Under the pieces are notes generated by a model. That model was not told the DNA's origin. It did no database searches and saw only the letters and a list, made by a program, of their open reading frames with translations. Positions 20,788 to 31,521 of a DNA stretch of 64,000 nt are shown in pieces; positions within the stretch are counted from its first letter, which is position 1, and each line of letters begins with the position of its first letter. This DNA comes from Chloroflexota bacterium (GTDB lineage Bacteria > Chloroflexota > UBA11872 > VXOZ01). The DNA lies in the NCBI GenBank assembly GCA_964291655.2, contig OZ219802.1:1120001-1184000 (forward strand), written 5' to 3'. A program made the position numbers and the translations under genes.

Positions 20788-22137
20788 ATGCTTACGCGTC
20801 GTTCATTACTGGGAAGTACAGCCGTGCTCGGAGGCGCGGCGGCGCTCGCCACCGGCTGCAGTTCGCTGGGGATCCCACTTTCGCCGCCCAGCACGCCGCA
20901 GGGCAACGTGATCAAAGTGGCAGCGTCTCCGCGGTCTATATACCTCGTCTTGCCGTACGGAAACTACACTGATGACGACGAAGCCGAAGTCCGGTTCGAA
21001 CGGGCCCGCATGGCGCTCGAAGAGGACGAGACAAACGCGTATGGACCTAAGCGCGGCGGCTACTCGCTTGACCTGCGGCTTGTCAACGATTTCTACCCGC
21101 CGTACGTTGAACCCAAGACCGAGGAAGAGACAGAAGCGTTCATAGCGGCCAGGCTCGAATCGGTTGCGACCGTGCTCGACGATCTCGACGCCGACCTGGT
21201 GACCGTCTGGCCGGAGGAGGCACGGCACTGGGGCGAGAATGGACTCTTACTGCCCTTGGACCGTTTCAGCGGCGCGGGGGAATCTGAGCTCAATCAAGAG
21301 TTTTTCCCTACCGTGGTCAGTCAATTCCGGCGCGACGGCGCGCTCTACGCGCTGCCCGTAGACGCCATGCCGCAGATGCTCTTCTACGACGAGGGGTTCC
21401 TCAATCGGCAAGGCGTGCCGCCGCCCGACAGTAACTGGAGTTGGGACGATCTGGCGAGAAGTGCCGCTACCCTCACGTCATCAAAGCAAGACGGCACGGT
21501 CTCGCGGTGGGGCCTGATTGCACACGGTCACGGTATTTCGTGGGCGTTGTGGCAGAACAAAGCGAATATCGTCAACTCGGACACGGCGCAGTGCCGTTTA
21601 CAGGAACCGGCGGCAGTGGCAGCACTGCAGTTCGTGCACGACCTGTTGCACAAGCACCGCGTTTCCCCACTGGCGGAGATGCGGGACCTATGGGACTACC
21701 ACTGGAGAACACCACCAGCTATGTTCTATGATTTTCCTCCCATTGTTCACAATCAAAGAAATGACTTTCGCATGGCGGCGTTGCCCCGGGGCAAGGTGTC
21801 CGCCACACCGGTACGCACCAGGCTTGGCATCGGCATTGCCGCCCGGACGCAAAGGACAGAAGCGGCATTCATGGCGCTAAAGGGATTCAACCGCGCCATG
21901 CAAGCGCACGTGGCGATACCCGCCGGTAGAGAGGCCGTCGCGCGCCTGGCAGACCTCCGCCCGGACATCAGCCCGGAGGAAGTCACCGCCGTGCAGCACT
22001 CCCTGGAGCACGGTCGCGAATGGCCGCAACACGGGCTGCCATTGACCATCTTGTACGAACTCGCCCAAGGCCTCGGCCGCGGCGAAGACGTGCCTACCAT
22101 CGTTAATCAGGCCTGCAGTATCGCGCACGAGTACTGA
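20788..22137 (+). CDS. Tat-exported lipoprotein, ABC sugar-type solute-binding protein (orphan)
   Basis: TRRSLL Tat motif, LATGC lipobox, LLPLD, DGALYALP, LFYD, PPDSNWSWDD. Confidence 0.85.
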   Translation: MLTRRSLLGSTAVLGGAAALATGCSSLGIPLSPPSTPQGNVIKVAASPRSIYLVLPYGNYTDDDEAEVRFERARMALEEDETNAYGPKRGGYSLDLRLVNDFYPPYVEPKTEEETEAFIAARLESVATVLDDLDADLVTVWPEEARHWGENGLLLPLDRFSGAGESELNQEFFPTVVSQFRRDGALYALPVDAMPQMLFYDEGFLNRQGVPPPDSNWSWDDLARSAATLTSSKQDGTVSRWGLIAHGHGISWALWQNKANIVNSDTAQCRLQEPAAVAALQFVHDLLHKHRVSPLAEMRDLWDYHWRTPPAMFYDFPPIVHNQRNDFRMAALPRGKVSATPVRTRLGIGIAARTQRTEAAFMALKGFNRAMQAHVAIPAGREAVARLADLRPDISPEEVTAVQHSLEHGREWPQHGLPLTILYELAQGLGRGEDVPTIVNQACSIAHEY

Positions 22138-22217
22138 AAAACAGGCAGACCGCTATTGCCAGTCGACGAGAGCGTGTTTCCTGTTTAGTTGCTTCTCTCA
22201 GTCCTCGCGTGACTTTA

Positions 22218-23648
22218 CTACGTCCACTCCGGGCCGATCATGTCCAGGGGCGGCGTGGTGGTGGCGAGCAGGCGTTCGGTGAGCAGGCCGTGGTGTTCGC
22301 GGATGCGGGCTTGGGAGGCGGGATCAAGGGCAAGGTTGCGCATTTCGTGGGAGTCTTCCTGCAAGTCGTAGAACTCGCTGCCATATTCCTGTCCCCAATA
22401 TGCGTACTTGTAGCGATTGGTGATGACCGCCGTGCCGCGCGTGACGCGGTCGCCGTGGACGTAGTCGGAGAACGCCATGCCGGGCAGTTTGGCTGTTCCT
22501 TCGATGACGGGTCGCAGGCTAGTGGCGGCCATGGCCTCGGGGACGGGGACACCGGCGTAGTCGAGGATCGTGGGGGCAATTTGAAATGTCTCCACCGCGT
22601 CCTCCACCACCGGAATGCGTTCGTGACCGGCCGGCGGCACGACAATCAAGGGCACCCGGGCCGACGGCTCCCAGAACGTGCCCTTGCCGCCGCGCGACCA
22701 ATCGCCCATGTGGTCGCCGTGGTCGCTGACGTAGATGATGAGCGTATTGTCCAGCGTACCGGCGTCGGCCAGCGTCTGCACCAACTGGCCCACCATGTCG
22801 TCGATCATGGTGCAGAGACCCCAGTACTTGGCGATGGCGTTGCGGATGATGCGGTCGTCGGGCTCTTTGGCAAAGCGGCCGCCGCCATTCTGCAGGTGCT
22901 TGGGCTTATCGCTATCGTCAGCGAGATACGTCACCGGCATGTCTACCTCGGCCGGATCGTACATGCTGGCATACGGTTCCGGCGGGTCAAGCGGGCCGTG
23001 AGGACCGCAAATGCCGCACCAGGCAAAGAAGGGCCGGTCGCGGCTCTCGCGCATGAAACCGGCGGTGTTATTGGTGATCCAGGTGTCGATATAGTCTTCC
23101 AGCGGCAGCACGTTCGTGATGGCCTTCATCTCTTTGTACTGCGGCTCGCGCCGCTGGGCGTAGATCTTCTCATAGCCTCCGGGATGCCGCTCTTCCAGCC
23201 AGGCGGCGTAGATGGGTCCCAAGGGACCAGGCCCCAACGACAGGCCGGATGATTCCGTCCAGCGGGAGCCCTTGCCCTCGGTCAGCACCGTAAAGCGGAA
23301 GCCTTTCGGCGGCCACATGTGGATTTTGCCAAAAGCGGCGGTGTAGTAGCCTCCCACGTCGTGGAGATGCTCCATGAAGGTCAACTCATGATGAGGCAGT
23401 CCCGGCGTGCGGTCGATGGGATTCGCCTGAAAGGTGACACCGTGCTGGTGAATGTAACGTCCTGTCTGCAGACAGGCACGGGCCGGCGTGCAGATGGTGT
23501 TCTGCGTGTAGGGACGTTCAAAGCGGGTTCCCTGAGCGGCCAGCGCATCGATGTTGGGCGTCTTGACCTTCTTGTTCCCATAGCAGCCAAGCGTATCCCA
23601 GCGCTGCTGGTCGGTGGTGATAAGCAAGACATTCGGGGCCTTAGCCAT
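22218..23648 (-). CDS. Sulfatase (Cys/FGly type)
   Basis: PNVLLITTDQQR, TPNIDALA, CTPARA, GKIH, SDHGD, EFYDLQED.HE. Confidence 0.95.
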   Translation of the reverse strand: MAKAPNVLLITTDQQRWDTLGCYGNKKVKTPNIDALAAQGTRFERPYTQNTICTPARACLQTGRYIHQHGVTFQANPIDRTPGLPHHELTFMEHLHDVGGYYTAAFGKIHMWPPKGFRFTVLTEGKGSRWTESSGLSLGPGPLGPIYAAWLEERHPGGYEKIYAQRREPQYKEMKAITNVLPLEDYIDTWITNNTAGFMRESRDRPFFAWCGICGPHGPLDPPEPYASMYDPAEVDMPVTYLADDSDKPKHLQNGGGRFAKEPDDRIIRNAIAKYWGLCTMIDDMVGQLVQTLADAGTLDNTLIIYVSDHGDHMGDWSRGGKGTFWEPSARVPLIVVPPAGHERIPVVEDAVETFQIAPTILDYAGVPVPEAMAATSLRPVIEGTAKLPGMAFSDYVHGDRVTRGTAVITNRYKYAYWGQEYGSEFYDLQEDSHEMRNLALDPASQARIREHHGLLTERLLATTTPPLDMIGPEWT

Positions 23649-24078
23649 AGAGCGCCTCCAATCTGGTGCCAGAAGCAAACAAACACTCGTGCCGATTTCG
23701 ATTATATACCCTGACGCCACTTGGTTTCTTGGCGCGCAAAACGGAAGCGTACGAGGGATTAGCCGCCGAGGTCTTTCGCTAACGCAACTACCACGAGCGA
23801 TGATGCCCCATTGGCGTCAGGCATCTCACCCAGATAATCGTCGCTTTACCAAGAGTGCCACTATTGAGTGAGCAACAAAGTGTGAGCAGTCGAGAACAAT
23901 TGAATGACATAGTCTCTTTGTATTCTTCGCGCATTCTAAGGGAGACAAGAGTCAATTTGCTTTTCTGAGTCTATGGTCTCGAGAGGAGAATGTAGTCTCC
24001 CATAGGCTTGCAAGAGATATACTGTTAATGGAAGCGTAGTAGTTACAGGAGAGGGTGTTTGTGGCATCCGCAATTGCA

Positions 24079-24429
24079 ATGGATCACTTGAATACAAGCT
24101 ATCGATTTATCGAACAAGCGCAAGAGGAATTTGACAAAGGTGACATTCTTCAAGCCTCGGAGAAGGCCTGGGGTGCAGCAGCACGGGCGGTCAAAGCTGC
24201 TGCTGAGCAAAGAGGCTGGGAGCACAGGAGCCATGCCCACCTCTTTGAGAGCGTGACAAAGATTGCAAACGAGACTTCAGATGGCGAACTGAGAATGCTC
24301 TTCTCAGCGGCGAACACGCTTCATCAGAACTTCTATGAGGGTTCGCAGAATGAGGAGTTTGTCCAAGACAACATTCAGCATGTGCTGGTGCTAGTAAACA
24401 AACTGACAAAGTTCGTGGTCGAATCCTAA
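24079..24429 (+). CDS. PaREP1/HEPN-like family protein
   Basis: GDILQASEKAWGAA..KA, H.SH, A..LHQNFYE. Confidence 0.8.
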   Translation: MDHLNTSYRFIEQAQEEFDKGDILQASEKAWGAAARAVKAAAEQRGWEHRSHAHLFESVTKIANETSDGELRMLFSAANTLHQNFYEGSQNEEFVQDNIQHVLVLVNKLTKFVVES

Positions 24430-24441
24430 GGAGAAGAGAGT

Positions 24442-24693
24442 GTGAACCAGTTTCTTGTAAGTCAACTCGAATTGAATGACCCCAATTGGTCATCCAACAC
24501 TGAGGTCATACAAGGGTCGCATGGAGAAATCACCGCTGTCAAGATCACTCTTGTAGTGAAGCGCCGTACGCGTACTGGTCTGGCCAGAGTGCTGTACGAT
24601 CGAGTATCGCATACACTTGACGCAGTGGAGGAGGCCACAGAGAAGGCATTTGCACAAGCTGCAAGCCAATTTGGGATCGTCGCGCCACAATAG
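24442..24693 (+). CDS. Hypothetical 83-aa protein
   Basis: AAGGAG RBS, co-oriented 12 nt after the PaREP1-like gene. Confidence 0.5.
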   Translation: MNQFLVSQLELNDPNWSSNTEVIQGSHGEITAVKITLVVKRRTRTGLARVLYDRVSHTLDAVEEATEKAFAQAASQFGIVAPQ

Positions 24694-25016
24694 GTCCAAA
24701 GACAAGACGCTCCACATGAGCGGGAAGCGGGCCTCTAAGGCGCACAAACCCAAAAAGGCAAAGCACCTGTCTTTCTACCTCCGCAGACAGTTTGTCGCGG
24801 GGAGTAAGTAGAGAGTAAAACGATGCCCGGTCTTGGCTGCTAATCCCTGTGTTTATGTGAGGGATTGTAGCCGCTGCAACTGGAGAATTGTATGAATCTC
24901 GGAGGCTGGCTCGGCAGCCTCATAATCCGGCCTTCGCGACCGACTGCCAACTGCAACCCTCTGCGCTACACTCCAGCTTTCTCCAAATCCAAGGGCTACC
25001 CGTGACTGGTCTGCCG

Positions 25017-26072
25017 TTATGCGTATTCCAATGCCACGCCAAGTGCTTCCGCGGGCAGATTGATGGCGACTTCCGCTGCTTCCGGCGCTTGGTCGAATGG
25101 GAAGCGGTGGGTGAGCAGCGGGTCCACGCGCACCTTGCCGGCCGCTTGCAGGGCGAGGAGGGCTTGAAGGTTCTGCTCCTGGTCCCAGCGCACAAAGCGG
25201 TCCGGGTAGTCCGTCTCGCCACGCAGGTAGTCCCGTTCCCGGCTGCCGGGGCCGCGTCCGTTCACCCAGTGGATGTTGATTTCCTTCGTGTGGGGGTCGG
25301 CGTCCGGGTGGGTGGGGGTGAGGTCCCAGATCACGCGGCCGATAAACAGCAGCCGGCCGCCCTCCCGCACCAAGCGCACGGCCAATGACGCCGGACCGCG
25401 GATACGGGCCGAGGTCGCCACGAAGACCGCGTCCGCGCCCCTGCCTGCGGTGAATTCATCCACTGCAGCAGCCACTTCGTCGTCGGTGCCGCTCGCCGTG
25501 GCCGCCGCGCCAAGTGCACGGGCTTTCGCCAAACGGTATTCGTGCAGGTCCACGCCAATGACCTGTCCGCCCACCATGCCGACGAGCTGCGCCGTGATCT
25601 GCCCCACCATGCCGAGACCGAGCACCACCGCCGTCTCGCCCGGCTGCAGCACCGCGCGGCGCATGGCGTGAAATGCCGTGAGTCCCACGTTCGTGGTCGC
25701 GGCTTCCAGGGGCGACAGACCGTCCGGAATCTTGGCAAATGAATGCTTCCACACGAAGCCTTGCTCGGCGTGAAAGCCGAACCCGCCGCCTGCCGCCGCC
25801 ACCAAGTCGCCCGGCTGGAAGCGGTCCTGCAAGTCAGGCGACACCTGCAGAATCTCACCGGCTGATTGATAGCTGTGGGCCTTTTCTGAAAATGCGCCGG
25901 GGTCTTGGCCCTCCGCCTGCGCCTTTCTCCGACGTCCCACGCCCGCCATCTCGGAACCGGCCCCAAAGACCGACGCCATCGTCCGAATGACCACGCCGGA
26001 GCCCTGCAGTGTGGGCTCGGGGACTTCTTTGAGATACATTTCGCCGCGATTATTCGAGTAAAGAGCGCGCAT
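25017..26072 (-). CDS. MDR-family (zinc-binding alcohol dehydrogenase-like) oxidoreductase
   Basis: VLGLGMVG Rossmann motif, GRGAD, LLTHRFPF. Confidence 0.88.
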   Translation of the reverse strand: MRALYSNNRGEMYLKEVPEPTLQGSGVVIRTMASVFGAGSEMAGVGRRRKAQAEGQDPGAFSEKAHSYQSAGEILQVSPDLQDRFQPGDLVAAAGGGFGFHAEQGFVWKHSFAKIPDGLSPLEAATTNVGLTAFHAMRRAVLQPGETAVVLGLGMVGQITAQLVGMVGGQVIGVDLHEYRLAKARALGAAATASGTDDEVAAAVDEFTAGRGADAVFVATSARIRGPASLAVRLVREGGRLLFIGRVIWDLTPTHPDADPHTKEINIHWVNGRGPGSRERDYLRGETDYPDRFVRWDQEQNLQALLALQAAGKVRVDPLLTHRFPFDQAPEAAEVAINLPAEALGVALEYA

Positions 26073-26148
26073 TGTGACTTTCCTTGAGTAGTGTCCGGCC
26101 TCTTGGTATGACGGTTGCAATGCAATCATTGTACACAGTCACCCGATC

Positions 26149-26386
26149 ACCCTTCGACAGGCCTGTACTGAGCTTGTCGAAGTGCTCAGGGCGAACGGAA
26201 CTGCTTCCAGCTTGCCTTCACGCCGTTCCTGCTGAGCTTGTCGAAGTACGTCCGGAATCACTCCCACTTCGCCTTCACGCCTCTCACCCTTCGACAGGCT
26301 CAGGGCGAACGGAATTCCCTCCATTTTGCCTTCGCTCCGTTCGTGCTGAACACTTCGAATAGCCCAGTTCAGACCTGTCGAAGTAC
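26149..26386. repeat. Cluster of CCCTTCGACAGGCTCAGGGCGAACGG-type palindromic REPs, some nested
   Basis: Copies near 26150 and 26288 plus inverted CTGAGCTTGTCGAAG units. Confidence 0.8.
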
Positions 26387-26523
26387 GATCGGCGGAAGCG
26401 TCTCTCCATGCCAAGCACAGAGCACGTCCAGCATGTTTCAATCGAAAGAGCTACCTAGATGCACCCGTGGTCTCTTTCTTGCAAAGTGGACGGTCAACAT
26501 TTCTTCCAAGCGAAATCGAGCAC

Positions 26524-28236
26524 CTATTGCGGTATCACCGGCAGTGTCACGTGCGACGGCCGGCTGTGATCGTGAAAGATCGTCTCACGCGCGGTAACCA
26601 GCGTCCCGTCGGCGTAGTCGTCCAGGCCCGTGTTGTGATTGCGGTCGAAGTTGGGAAAGTCGCTGCTGGAGATGTCGATACGCAGGCGATGACCGGCCCT
26701 GAAGAGGTTGCTCGTTGGATTTACATGGATCGTGTACTTGTAGACCCCATTCGGCTCGATGAGCGTGGGTTCCGTGTAGGACTCCCGGTAGCGGGCGCGG
26801 ACGATGCCGTGGCAGAGCTCTTGCGCAAAGCCGTCCGGCCACACGTCGATCAGCTTGACCACAAAGTCGGTATCGCAGGCAGATGATGCCGCCCACAGCG
26901 TGACCGTGATCGGCCCGGTGGCCTCCAGCGGCGTCTCGAGCGGCGGCGTGGCAAAGGTGAGAATGTCCGGCCGGTGCGCCAACGCGCTTTGGTCGTGGGG
27001 CTCTTGCTGGCCGGGACCGGAATAGAGGGTCATCACAGGATCGCGCGGATCGTAGGTGTAGTGGTCCGGCGGCTCCTCGCTGGGCGCTGCCCGCGAAAGC
27101 ACGCCGTCACCAGCAGGCGTATTGGCGTTGCCGCCGCTGTGAAGATAGAAATCCGTGTACTGCGTCCGCGCCAGCGGCCACTCGTTCTCGCCCCGCCATT
27201 GGTTCGCGCCCATCACGAAGAGCTGGATCGGCGGCCAATTTTCGATGCCGCTGGGGTCGTCCTTGAGCCAGGCGCGAAACCAGGCATCGGCAATTGCGTA
27301 GTAATCGCGCACCGCCTTCGGGCCGAAGTCTACCGAACCCACCGTACGGTGAAGATCCACGGCGGTGTGCGTCCACGGGCCGACGATGAGCTTTTGGTTC
27401 TCACGCGCATGTTGGGTCATGCCATTGGCCGTCATGCCAGTAAAGTGCTTGATGGTGCCGATCTGCTGGTCGTACCAGCCGGTAACGCTAAGCACCGGCA
27501 CGTTCACATCCTGGTGCTTCTGCAAGAAGCCAAAGTGGTCGAGCGTGTGGTCTTCCAGCCAGTAACGAAAGTGCGGCGCGACATCTGACAGAACGTGGTC
27601 GGGAATATCCAAAAACGGCAGGAACCACAGCCACTTGGAGCGGTCCTGCTCTTCCCAGATACGCTGGGCCTCCTCAGTGGTGATGGGCCCATCGGTTCTT
27701 CCTGCGCGCAGTCGCAAGTCCGGCGCCAGCGTGTTGACGGACCACCACAGCACACGCCCGAGTCGCAGTACAGCGGAGAGCTCGCGGTCAAGCAAGTTGG
27801 CGGCAATACCGCTGGCGTACATGGTCTTGAGACTTGGCGGCCGGGTGGGGGCAAGTTCCCACTGCGTCCAGCCATTGTACGAGTTGCCAAAGGTACCGAC
27901 CTTGCCGGTGGAACCCGGCAGCCGCGCCGCCCACTCGACCGAGTCGTAGCCGTCCGCAGCGTCATAGGTGTCGCCGCGATAGAAACCGGGGCGAAACTCG
28001 CCATCGGAAGCGTACCGCCCCCGCACGTCCTGCACCACGGCGATATACCCACGCGCGGCAAGCCCTTCGCTGAGACCGTGAGGGCTCTTATTGTACGGCG
28101 TGCGGCACAGCAGCACGGGATACGCGCCGGGCGCTTCAGGACGATACACGTCGGCGCGCAAAATCGTCCCGTCCCGCATAGGTACGGGGACATTTTCCTC
28201 TCGCGTCACGTCGAATGTGCGGTCAGTTTGTGCCAT
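26524..28236 (-). CDS. CocE/NonD family hydrolase (peptidase S15)
   Basis: VPMRDG..L.ADVYRP, RTPY, QDVRGR..SDG, GNSYNG, GWYD, GPWTH, SSSDFP.FDRN.NTG. Confidence 0.95.
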   Translation of the reverse strand: MAQTDRTFDVTREENVPVPMRDGTILRADVYRPEAPGAYPVLLCRTPYNKSPHGLSEGLAARGYIAVVQDVRGRYASDGEFRPGFYRGDTYDAADGYDSVEWAARLPGSTGKVGTFGNSYNGWTQWELAPTRPPSLKTMYASGIAANLLDRELSAVLRLGRVLWWSVNTLAPDLRLRAGRTDGPITTEEAQRIWEEQDRSKWLWFLPFLDIPDHVLSDVAPHFRYWLEDHTLDHFGFLQKHQDVNVPVLSVTGWYDQQIGTIKHFTGMTANGMTQHARENQKLIVGPWTHTAVDLHRTVGSVDFGPKAVRDYYAIADAWFRAWLKDDPSGIENWPPIQLFVMGANQWRGENEWPLARTQYTDFYLHSGGNANTPAGDGVLSRAAPSEEPPDHYTYDPRDPVMTLYSGPGQQEPHDQSALAHRPDILTFATPPLETPLEATGPITVTLWAASSACDTDFVVKLIDVWPDGFAQELCHGIVRARYRESYTEPTLIEPNGVYKYTIHVNPTSNLFRAGHRLRIDISSSDFPNFDRNHNTGLDDYADGTLVTARETIFHDHSRPSHVTLPVIPQ

Positions 28237-28532
28237 TAGATCTTCTGAACTCTCGAGGAAACCTGCCACTCAACCCCTTGCGATATGGCCTTTGGCCCAC
28301 TTGCTCCGGCAGCGCAGACTTGCAACCTGCGCCTTCTTCCGTCATTCCGGCGAACGCCGGAATCCAGTTCTCCGCGAAACGGCCTCAGTGTCTCGGAAAG
28401 CATTCAATCGGTAGAGCTCTTGGATCGGATAGTGCACTGACTTGACCATTCCTGTCATTCCGAGCGCAGCGAGGAATCTAGAGTGCTTTGCAAAAGAGAT
28501 TGAATACCGAGATTCTCAAACTTCCCAATCAC

Positions 28533-28820
28533 TTAGTGCATTGCACGAGGCATGATGTTTGCAACAGCCTCACTGGTAAGCCGCATATAAGACGCATCGG
28601 GGCAAAGCTCGATGTATTCTCCCCAAGCGATTCCACCTGCCTGCGTAACATGCAACGCCACGAAGAACGAGCGGCTTGACCATTCCTTGAATACACCACG
28701 TCCGGCCAAGTCCGACAGATCGATCTCACCGGCAGCCCCATCTGAGAAACGAATCCAAAAACAGTACCTCTCGAGTGCCTTTACTGCAGTTGGCCTAACT
28801 AGCAACTTTGACGGAAGCAT
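28533..28820 (-). CDS. DUF2442 domain protein
   Basis: VKAL..Y...IRFSDG..GEIDLS..GVF..W, IAW..IELCPD..Y. Confidence 0.75.
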   Translation of the reverse strand: MLPSKLLVRPTAVKALERYCFWIRFSDGAAGEIDLSDLAGRGVFKEWSSRSFFVALHVTQAGGIAWGEYIELCPDASYMRLTSEAVANIMPRAMH

Positions 28821-28871
28821 AACCCTGCTCCCAAGCTAATCAATGCTGAACAGCAGCTATTTCATTTAGGG

Positions 28872-29948
28872 TCATTTTATAGAATTCTCAATTCGAGAAA
28901 CCTCAGCCCGGATTCTGTCCGCATGGCTGAAGAGATCGTCCAAGTCTGCCAAGCGAATTCGCTCCTCCGACCTGTTCTCGTCAAACAAAACGATTCTAAG
29001 GGTTGACGTTCTCAGGAGCAGTCTGCAAACGGTCTTTCGATTGTTGTCGTCAAGGAGCACACCACAATAGTACTTCGTAGATCGGAGCCCCAGGCGTCGA
29101 ACATCAATCACATCACGCAAGACTGCCTTGATGATATTGAGAGCATCTACTTCAAGCGAGGTGTATTCCGGTTCATCTACTGAATCGGAAGCAGGTGGGA
29201 ATTCTTCCTCCTGTAGCTTTTGGTCTTCCTGCTCACCCTGTTTCAAGGCAGACTTCAAGCGATCGCTAATTCGATCGTTTATGAACTGCATGAACGCGTG
29301 TCGGACAAGAGGGCCAAACTGCTCTCGAATCGCCTGAGTTGCGAGACCTTCGTATACTCGCTTCACAACAAAGTAAACGAATTCTTCGGACGGATTCTCA
29401 AGTTCACGGGAGATTAACCGCTTGATTTCTGTCGTATACTTCAGTTCCCTGGCAGCATCAACGATCTCATCTAAATTGAAGGCTGCTTTTGTGAATCGCT
29501 TTAGCTCTTCTACCTCCCCCTCGGTAAAGTCGAGCATATTGAACTCGAAGAAGGGCTTCTTGTCCATGACGTTGGGTTGGTCAAGGTCAGCGAAGAACCG
29601 ATACACGACTCCATCAGTGAGAATGCCGAATCGGGCGTCAGTTACCGTGAAGTAGCGAGTGAGTTGGGAAATCTCTGCTTCATCGAGGTTATTGCCGAAT
29701 ATCTTGCACTCAATTAGAATTGCGGGCTTGCATTCTTGCATGAGGGCGTAGTCGACCTTTTCGCCCTTCTTCGAACCCACGTCTGCTGTGAATTCCGGTA
29801 CAACCTCAGTTGGGTCGAAGATTGAATAGCCCATCATCTGTAAGAACGGTAAAACGAGTGCGTTTTTGGTAGCCTCCTCGGTGTCAAGGTGATCGGTTCG
29901 CTCGGCGAACCTGCTTGAGCGTGTACGTACTTCGTCGATGAAGTCCAT
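28872..29948 (-). CDS. Stand-alone HsdR-N (type I restriction R N-terminal) domain endonuclease-like protein
   Basis: TEEATKNALVLPF..GY..FDP.EV.PEF.ADVG.KKGEKVDYA, IECK, QL.RYF, LLDDNNRK. Confidence 0.9.
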   Translation of the reverse strand: MDFIDEVRTRSSRFAERTDHLDTEEATKNALVLPFLQMMGYSIFDPTEVVPEFTADVGSKKGEKVDYALMQECKPAILIECKIFGNNLDEAEISQLTRYFTVTDARFGILTDGVVYRFFADLDQPNVMDKKPFFEFNMLDFTEGEVEELKRFTKAAFNLDEIVDAARELKYTTEIKRLISRELENPSEEFVYFVVKRVYEGLATQAIREQFGPLVRHAFMQFINDRISDRLKSALKQGEQEDQKLQEEEFPPASDSVDEPEYTSLEVDALNIIKAVLRDVIDVRRLGLRSTKYYCGVLLDDNNRKTVCRLLLRTSTLRIVLFDENRSEERIRLADLDDLFSHADRIRAEVSRIENSIK

Positions 29949-30174
29949 GTGTAGTGCGTCCTCGCTGATCGCCTAGTGATTTTTTTGTACTTAACTTCGT
30001 TGTGACATAGAAGCAGAAGAACCTCACGGACACTTCTCTTCAAACTTCATAATAGTCAAACCCTTACAGAGGGTCAAAGCACTTTTGACGCTATTGCCCG
30101 TACAACTCTTGGATGCGCCAGGGGATCTAGGAGAACCCCATCAATTGGGACCTCGATCTAGTAGCAGGGACACT

Positions 30175-31365
30175 TCAAACAACCTCCACCGCCGGCGGGG
30201 TGATAAAGTCGTGGTACCGCTCTTTCACTCCCGCATCTTGGGTATTGCCGGTGTGCAGGTAGACGCGGAATTTGCAGCGTAGGCGCGCGCCTTCCGGCAG
30301 GACATAGCTGCCGTCCACGCCGGGATGACCCAGGAACTCGCGCCAGGCGAAGCAATTCGCGTGCATCAGGCCGTAGTTGCGCACGTGCCAGTAGGTAGGG
30401 TAGCGGAAGCTGGTCGGGTGATCGAACACCGCAAGGCCCACCGTCGTGCCGTCCACCGGCCCCACGTAGTCCATCCACTGGGCGCGGAAGCCGAAGCACT
30501 CGTCCTCGCCTCTGCCGCCGTACGCGTTCTCAATCGCGCCGCCGGCGTCCGCGTCCATGCTGCTGGCAACCCGCACCGAGAGCATGGCGCCTTCCTTCGT
30601 ATCGCCAAAGCGCACCGGCCCCTCGGTGGCGTGCAGGGTCACGGCGATATCCATGATGCGCGCGTGCGGCGCGGGGGCATACACCACCACCTGCTTCTCC
30701 TCCGTCACCACCGGCTGCTCGTTGCGGCTCACCCACCGGCTGCGCGAGCGAAACCCGCCGCACACCGGCCCGCTCACATAAGCGCTCCCCGCACCGAAAA
30801 CCGGGGCAAAGGCCGCGTGGCGCTGGTAGCCGTGGTCGTCCAGCTCGCTCCACAGGTCCACGCCGTTCACGTCGCCGTGGGCCACGTGGATCGACTTGTG
30901 ATGCGGGTGGTCGTGCTTCTCGCCCGGCACGTCGGTCACCATGGGATAGCCCCGCGTCATGCCCTGGCCGGTGGGGCCGATCACGGGGTAGAGGAATTGC
31001 TTGTTATGCCGCGCGGCATGGTGATAGGTGGTGAAGAGTTCGCCGTCCAGGTGCACGTCCAGGCCGTATGCACCGTCAGCAACGGTTACGCCCACGTCAT
31101 TGCCGCTTTTGCGGGAATCCAGATTGTCCTTCCCGCTTTCCTCCAGCGTGAACGTCTCACTGGCGTACGCCGCTAGCTCCGGCAGCAGCCAGACCAAGCG
31201 CACGCCGTCCGCCGTCTCCACCGCCTGCGCAGGCAGCACCGCCTTGCTCTCAGCAGACACCACCACGTAGTCCCGCGCCGGATCAAGCCCCGCGCCATTC
31301 ACCCAAACCGGACAATGCCGCCGCGTGTGATTACCGGCGTGGACCGTGAATTGCATACGTGGCAT
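30175..31365 (-). CDS. PmoA-family (DUF6807-like) protein, function unknown
   Basis: YPV.GP.G..MTRGYP, DHPHH, FGDTKEG, DHP.SF..PT.WH.R.YG. Confidence 0.8.
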   Translation of the reverse strand: MPRMQFTVHAGNHTRRHCPVWVNGAGLDPARDYVVVSAESKAVLPAQAVETADGVRLVWLLPELAAYASETFTLEESGKDNLDSRKSGNDVGVTVADGAYGLDVHLDGELFTTYHHAARHNKQFLYPVIGPTGQGMTRGYPMVTDVPGEKHDHPHHKSIHVAHGDVNGVDLWSELDDHGYQRHAAFAPVFGAGSAYVSGPVCGGFRSRSRWVSRNEQPVVTEEKQVVVYAPAPHARIMDIAVTLHATEGPVRFGDTKEGAMLSVRVASSMDADAGGAIENAYGGRGEDECFGFRAQWMDYVGPVDGTTVGLAVFDHPTSFRYPTYWHVRNYGLMHANCFAWREFLGHPGVDGSYVLPEGARLRCKFRVYLHTGNTQDAGVKERYHDFITPPAVEVV

Positions 31366-31521
31366 AGAACTAATTCTCTCTTGTTTGAGCGTACTGCACG
31401 TTGCCGCTTATCCAAGGTACTCGCAATGAACATATGCGCTGGCAGCGCCATTGTCAACAAAGCCCATACTTCAGTCGCTCCATTCAATAGAGCGAGAACA
31501 GCACAGAGTAAGGAAAGGCAC

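Noticed and set aside
30175-31365. Methane monooxygenase
   Set aside because: The PmoA family label refers to a soluble domain of unknown function; no TM helices and no pmoCAB context.
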